Of a stretch of DNA of 64,000 nt, positions 59,348-64,000 are shown one piece after another. The first letter of the stretch is position 1. Each line of letters begins with the position of its first letter. Origin of the DNA: an uncultured Spirochaetota bacterium (GTDB lineage Bacteria; Spirochaetota; Brevinematia; Brevinematales; JAOACQ01). Where the stretch lies: positions 352,001 to 416,000 of the forward strand of contig CAWIGG010000002.1 of NCBI GenBank assembly GCA_963835575.1, in the 5' to 3' direction. The notes beneath the pieces were generated by a model. It did not search any database and had not been told where the DNA came from. It saw nothing but the letters and a program-made list of their open reading frames with translations. The position numbers were made by a program, and so were the translations under genes.

Positions 59348-59608
59348 TATATTCAATAAGAACATGTCGTTGATCAATCACTTTACCAATATTTCCCATT
59401 AATATAGTTGTATTAACACCTCCAACCCCTTTAATTCCTAATCTAATAATACTTCTTGCTTCCATGATTGCACCAATTAATACTAATAATGAACCTGATC
59501 TTTGAAACCATACCCAAGAACATTTATTCCAATCAAAAATTATTGAAGTTGTAACAATAGCAATTGCAATTAATAACAAAATAAAGGGGGTTTTAAATAC
59601 TTTCATCT

Positions 59609-60298
59609 TTATTCTTCTTCAGAATCCTCATCATTCTCATAAGCGGTTTTTTCAATCTCCCACCATTTGGCATATAATTCTTCAACGCATCTATCACAAT
59701 AAATTCCTTCATCACTATTTTCTGGCAATTCAACTCCTCCATCAGAAGAATCATCATATTTTGGAGACCAAACATCTTTTTTAGTTTTTTCTTCGAAACT
59801 AAAAAACCTTGCATATTTCTTTTCATGACAAACAGAACATTCTATTTTATCAATGTGGATTACTTCATCTATTATTTAAAAAGGAATATTTCCATCTTTT
59901 TCATAAACCAAAATTATTTCATTGTCTTCGGGTTTTTTAATGCGAGTAGGGTTAGATCGGAGAGCAAATTTAACTTCAATTGCTTTAATCCCTAATTTAT
60001 CAAATTGCTCTGTGTTTATTATGGCAATATACTTATTTTCTTGAGCATATTTTTTCGCAATCTCAAAATATTTTGAAGTTGAAATTCCTCTATCATTATT
60101 TTTTCCATCAAATTTTTGATGATTATCAATAGCATGTTCTTCTGATTTTCCAAAATTAAATGGAAATGAAATTGGAAAAGATGGATTAGACTCAAAAGTA
60201 TCAATGCTTTTAGGTATTAATATATTTCCTTTTTCAATTTCTTCTTTTCTTAAAGCTCTAAACAAGTAATTTGGAATTTCTGGCTGATAAATACTCAT
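59609..60298 (-). pseudogene. ART-fold-like domain + CxxC..CxxC tail with in-frame TAA at 59876-59878
   Basis: YLFRAL, ISTSK, PEDNEI; frame continues after TAA as IIDEVIHIDKIECSVC...YCDRC...EDSEEE* ending 2 nt before next ATG. Confidence 0.6.
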
Positions 60299-60316
60299 AA
60301 AACACCTCTCATAATC

Positions 60317-61174
60317 TTAAGATTTTGGATTTGGTATATCATTTCTTATGGAGTGTGTTACTCTAAAATCATATTTTATTAGCTCAGGATTTTCACCTTT
60401 TTTTTCAAAATAAACCTTTAATAAAGGAAATTCATATTCTTTTGATAAAGCATTCAATTTTTCATTGTATTCTTTTAAATAATACCCTCCTATTAAAACA
60501 CCCATAATAATGTCTTTAATATTTATAGAGGGAATTTCTTCGTTTTCATTTTCAATTAATAAAAGGCGATATTCTCCTTCAGGTTTATAATCATTTAATT
60601 TACTGAAATATATTTCGTTAATATATTTAGCTAAGTGTTTATATATTTCAGTTGTGTCATTAATCATATTTCTACCCATTGTTACTATTTCTCTTTTTAA
60701 GAACAAAGTATCAATATAATCCATATTTCTGAAGATAAATGATCCACACTTATTATGCTTTTGTTTTATATAATTTTCTAATTTACTTTTGGATAAAACT
60801 ACAATCATTCCTTTAAATCCTTCTCCATATTGAGCCCACATCCCGGATTTCTTATAACCTTTGTTATCCTTTCCATTATAACAAAATGATATAAATTTTG
60901 ATTTATGTTTTATTATATCATTAATTTTATCAACTGTTTCAGTTATATTATTTTGCAGACCTTCTTCCCCTTCATTTAAAGCGAAAGCGCTAAACAATAA
61001 ATGCTTAGATTCATAAGGGTCTCTTGATTTCCATAGTTCTGATAATTTTAATTCCATTTTAGAAATAATATCCAAACCGCTGCACATCTTTGTATAATGA
61101 AATAATGCATCATCAGTGTCTATGTATTTTTCAAAACAATCATCTTTTTGGCTCATATTATCAGTAATAAACAT
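60317..61174 (-). CDS. DUF2971 domain protein
   Basis: LFHYT, DPYE, FISFC, MWAQYG....G, K..DY..EGEYR. Confidence 0.75.
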   Translation of the reverse strand: MFITDNMSQKDDCFEKYIDTDDALFHYTKMCSGLDIISKMELKLSELWKSRDPYESKHLLFSAFALNEGEEGLQNNITETVDKINDIIKHKSKFISFCYNGKDNKGYKKSGMWAQYGEGFKGMIVVLSKSKLENYIKQKHNKCGSFIFRNMDYIDTLFLKREIVTMGRNMINDTTEIYKHLAKYINEIYFSKLNDYKPEGEYRLLLIENENEEIPSINIKDIIMGVLIGGYYLKEYNEKLNALSKEYEFPLLKVYFEKKGENPELIKYDFRVTHSIRNDIPNPKS

Positions 61175-61175
61175 A

Positions 61176-62129
61176 TTAGCCTCTTAAACCTTTATATATT
61201 AATAGTTTTCCCTCAAATCCTTTTATAGCATTTTCGGTTCTTTGTCCATCAGCAACTTTTCGATTATTCCATCTAAAGCTGAATTCATCACAATAGCGGA
61301 AAAGATGCAACTTAGAAACATGATGGAATGTTCCCATGACACCTCTTTTCAAGAGAGCAAAATAGGATTCTGCCGTATTTGTGTTTGCCTCTCCATTAGA
61401 ATATTCTCCCAGGCCATGATTCACAAATTTATGCCCGCCTTTAAAACTCTTTCCGATACCTCTATAAGATTTCCATTCATCCGTGATAATTGTTGATTGC
61501 ATATCAACAGTTTCTTTAATAGCCGATTTTAAAGTCTTTCCTGAAACATCTGTTACGGGATAAGATACAGACTTTCCATCCCTTTCAACAAGAAGCAAAA
61601 CAGGGGCTTTTTTAGTCCCTCTTCCTCTTTTATTTATTTCACCGCTCCCTTTCCTTGGCTTCCCACCAACATAAGTTTCATCAACTTCTACAGTTCCTTT
61701 CAATTTACTCGCTAAAGGATCTTGGCTCATTGCAAGCCTGATCCTATGAGCTAAATGCCAGGCCGATTTATATGAACCTAAACCGAGATTTCTTTGTAAC
61801 TGTAAGGTTGAGACTCCTTTCTTGTGTGAACACATGGAATAAAATGCCTGTATCCACTGTCTCAGGGTTATATGGGACCCTTGCATAACTGTTCCAACCG
61901 TTACTGTAAATTGTTCCCTGCAATCATTGCATTGAATCAGTCCGTCCCTGGTGTTAACAGATTTATTATTCATTCTTGTAATATCCTTGCTGCCACAATG
62001 AGGACAAACCACACCATCTTTCCAACGGATATTCTCTAAAATAGTCCTTGCTTCATCTTCCGTTAATCTGCATACATCGATGTAAGCCATTTCATTTAAA
62101 TTCGTAAAATTAGGCGGATTGTATTTCAT
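61176..62129 (-). CDS. IS1595-family transposase
   Basis: Zn ribbon CPHC..CNDC, VEVDETYVGG, TDEWKSY, TNTAESYFA.LKR, YCDEFSFR.N.R. Confidence 0.95.
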   Translation of the reverse strand: MKYNPPNFTNLNEMAYIDVCRLTEDEARTILENIRWKDGVVCPHCGSKDITRMNNKSVNTRDGLIQCNDCREQFTVTVGTVMQGSHITLRQWIQAFYSMCSHKKGVSTLQLQRNLGLGSYKSAWHLAHRIRLAMSQDPLASKLKGTVEVDETYVGGKPRKGSGEINKRGRGTKKAPVLLLVERDGKSVSYPVTDVSGKTLKSAIKETVDMQSTIITDEWKSYRGIGKSFKGGHKFVNHGLGEYSNGEANTNTAESYFALLKRGVMGTFHHVSKLHLFRYCDEFSFRWNNRKVADGQRTENAIKGFEGKLLIYKGLRG

Positions 62130-62224
62130 AGGTTACCTCCTCAAATCCGCTAATATTATAGAATAAAATAATCGCTTTGCCAAGGGGATAATATATTTAT
62201 TTAATTCCTTTATTTACAACAAAT

Positions 62225-63172
62225 TTATAAAGAACAAATCCAATCACATATTGAATTAAATTGTAAGTCAATAGTTAAATTTGCCGCATTGGAAAGTAAA
62301 CCATTTTGTAAATGTGAATAGATTTCTTTTGCCATTTTATCTTCAATGGCCGCGCCTATAAATAAAATGTTTGGCATTCTGTTTTTAGCAAAAGAATCTC
62401 GAATCCTTTCCAAAGCACTTCGTGCTGTCTTCCAATGTTCATCAGCACCAGCCGGATCAATACCAGCCTTTAATTCGCCTAAAGCAATATAATTGTTATT
62501 GTCTTTAACCAGATCTTTAAAATTATTGTCTTTACCACTATTAAATAAACACATATCAACTTTAAAAGTGATAAAAGGAGGCGTTATATTAAGATATAAA
62601 ACCCTTTCACCAGTATTATTTTTCCAATACATGACTTTTATATCATTTTCTATGTCTGGTTTTGAGGGGTTCCCCTGCAACCATTTTTTTGTACTAATGT
62701 CGTTTTTATATTCAAAAGGTATTCCTTGGATAGATAAACAAGAAATCAACCCCCTTTTAAATTTTCTCTCCCCGATAATGCCTATAATATTACGGATTTT
62801 ACCGCCAAGTGAATCGCCTCTTGTAAGCAAGAACCTATAAACTAACTCATCGGCGAATGATTCACCACTTGGTTTGAGAATTTTATCAATAAAATTCTTA
62901 ACTATATCTTCTTTATCACTTTCATCAAGAAAGGGAAGCGATTTATCACTTAATCCAGCAGCAGTTAAAATTGCCGGGTAAATATTTTTAAAATTCAATA
63001 AATCTTCAGCACTTTTTGCCTTTTGTAAAAATGTTTTTAAACTGTTTGCTTCGGCTACATAAGGATTTGCTTGGAAATTCTTTTCCAGTGCTATAGATAT
63101 AAAACCTGCTCTTGTTGCTTCATGTGTTGTAACCAAATCTTCCCAATTTTTAATACATCCTGGCACCGGCAT
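62225..63172 (-). CDS. type II restriction endonuclease, AvaI/BsoBI family
   Basis: LVTT.EATRAGF, FLLTRGDSLGG..RN, ALGELKAGIDPAGADEHWKTA. Confidence 0.9.
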   Translation of the reverse strand: MPVPGCIKNWEDLVTTHEATRAGFISIALEKNFQANPYVAEANSLKTFLQKAKSAEDLLNFKNIYPAILTAAGLSDKSLPFLDESDKEDIVKNFIDKILKPSGESFADELVYRFLLTRGDSLGGKIRNIIGIIGERKFKRGLISCLSIQGIPFEYKNDISTKKWLQGNPSKPDIENDIKVMYWKNNTGERVLYLNITPPFITFKVDMCLFNSGKDNNFKDLVKDNNNYIALGELKAGIDPAGADEHWKTARSALERIRDSFAKNRMPNILFIGAAIEDKMAKEIYSHLQNGLLSNAANLTIDLQFNSICDWICSL

Positions 63173-63174
63173 AA

Positions 63175-64000
63175 TTACTCCTTCTTCCAAACATAAACGC
63201 ATTTTCTTAGTGCTACTCGGCCATGGACCCCCATCTGTTGACTGCTATTTCCTTTTTTTTGAGGTACAACAAGAATATTCTCAATAGTAAATCCAATTTC
63301 CTCGGCAATTCTTGATAATATTAAATCAACAGGAATAACTATTCCGGCATACATAACATTATCATTAACCATTATAAAATAACTTTCATGTGTTAACAAT
63401 CTATAGATCTCTTGTATGACACAGGACATTTCATAAAAATATCCTTTTATCATCGTTACAATTCCATTGTTATTAAGCATTTTATTTTCTTTCAATCCTT
63501 CTAAGTATAAAAGAATAGATTGAAGTAAAGGTAACGTGCCAACAAAATTCAATATGTTATCCCAATCAGGATTTATTTGTAAAAGGTCTTTTTCTCTGTT
63601 TTCTACTGTAGAACTAAGCATATTTTGCCTTAAATCTTTTAAATTCTCTTCATCAATATTTAATAAGGCTAATTCTAAAGCATAGGTTCTTGTGTAATCG
63701 TATCTGTTACAGTAAGGAGGGGATGTAATTACTCCATTAATCGTTTCGGCTTCCATCTTCGATAATTCATGTAAACAAGAACCATTCACAAGTCTGATAT
63801 TTCCCCGGACGTAAGTATCTTTAGTAATTGTTTCGTTATTAACCTTCAAATCTGAGAGTATTTGACTTAATTTATCGGTAATTGCATTGTTAAAATCAGG
63901 TATTACACCTTTGTTAAACAATATTTTGTCTTTTTTACCTCCTTTCTTATTAGCTCTATAATCCCATCTTAAATATTGACCATCTTTTCGTGTATAACTT
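63175..64000 (-). CDS. N4-cytosine DNA methyltransferase (AvaI/BsoBI-type), 5'-truncated by window
   Basis: TSPPYCNRYDY; frame open to window end (SYTRKDGQYLRWD); KGNSSQQMG. Confidence 0.88.
   Translation of the reverse strand, partial: SYTRKDGQYLRWDYRANKKGGKKDKILFNKGVIPDFNNAITDKLSQILSDLKVNNETITKDTYVRGNIRLVNGSCLHELSKMEAETINGVITSPPYCNRYDYTRTYALELALLNIDEENLKDLRQNMLSSTVENREKDLLQINPDWDNILNFVGTLPLLQSILLYLEGLKENKMLNNNGIVTMIKGYFYEMSCVIQEIYRLLTHESYFIMVNDNVMYAGIVIPVDLILSRIAEEIGFTIENILVVPQKKGNSSQQMGVHGRVALRKCVYVWKKE

Larger units (their letters stand above)
57552..59606 (-). pseudogene. 3-TM membrane protein interrupted by IS1380
   Basis: Removing the IS and one TSD joins HVLIEY to NEKTKKMLYEKEIDKISGFIG...GTVIWGYGDL in frame; WFQRSGS motif. 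Confidence 0.8.
57397..62195 (-). mobile_element. IS1595-family cargo transposon (ends approximate)
   Basis: Imperfect IR actatgcacttggcaaagc (57400-57418) vs gctttgccaaggggataat (62174-62192), 16/19; transposase followed by co-oriented passenger genes; no TSD found. Confidence 0.65.

Noticed and set aside
59593..59826. 77-aa ORF MKRNMQGF...
   Set aside because: Alternative frame; the frame continuing the upstream ART-like gene gives a far more protein-like CxxC..CxxC sequence
47894..60298. Stop-codon reassignment to explain the two in-frame TAAs
   Set aside because: Many neighbouring genes in the same elements end normally at TAA; point mutation, read error or chance is simpler
57385..62210. 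8-bp target duplication for the IS1595 element
   Set aside because: No matching direct repeat found flanking the candidate IRs, so ends remain approximate
1..64000. tRNA, rRNA, reverse transcriptase/DGR/retron
   Set aside because: No cloverleaf, rRNA signature or RT motifs seen by eye

Overview
Bacterial chromosomal window. The host is possibly a Spirochaetota member, inferred weakly from gene content only. The housekeeping backbone comprises argD-proC-yggT-yggU, ABC/plsC/budA/MFS, tex, an MCP, rfbACD plus a detached rfbB, pit, an AAA ATPase, rodZ-rimO-pgsA-pgpA and larA. It is heavily peppered with mobile DNA: (1) IS5 (13038-14321), IS1182 (21467-23141) and IS1380 (57703-59347), each with visible IRs and target duplications; (2) a split RAYT-like remnant flanked by palindromes; (3) a ~7-kb tyrosine-integrase, satellite-like element (43684-50763) whose cargo includes a NYN RNase behind a consensus promoter and a small structured, terminator-ended RNA (type III TA-like layout); (4) an IS1595-family cargo transposon (~57397-62195) carrying DUF2971, an ART-like/Zn-finger gene with an internal stop and a membrane gene, next to a BsoBI/AvaI-like R-M system; (5) a GxxExxY nuclease gene bracketed by 9-10-bp-period triad repeats whose two ends recur, gene-less, 5 kb away, suggesting an autonomous/non-autonomous element family. 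Two tandem expansin-like lipoproteins and a beta-helix repeat lipoprotein are also present. No rRNA, tRNA or CRISPR array was seen.
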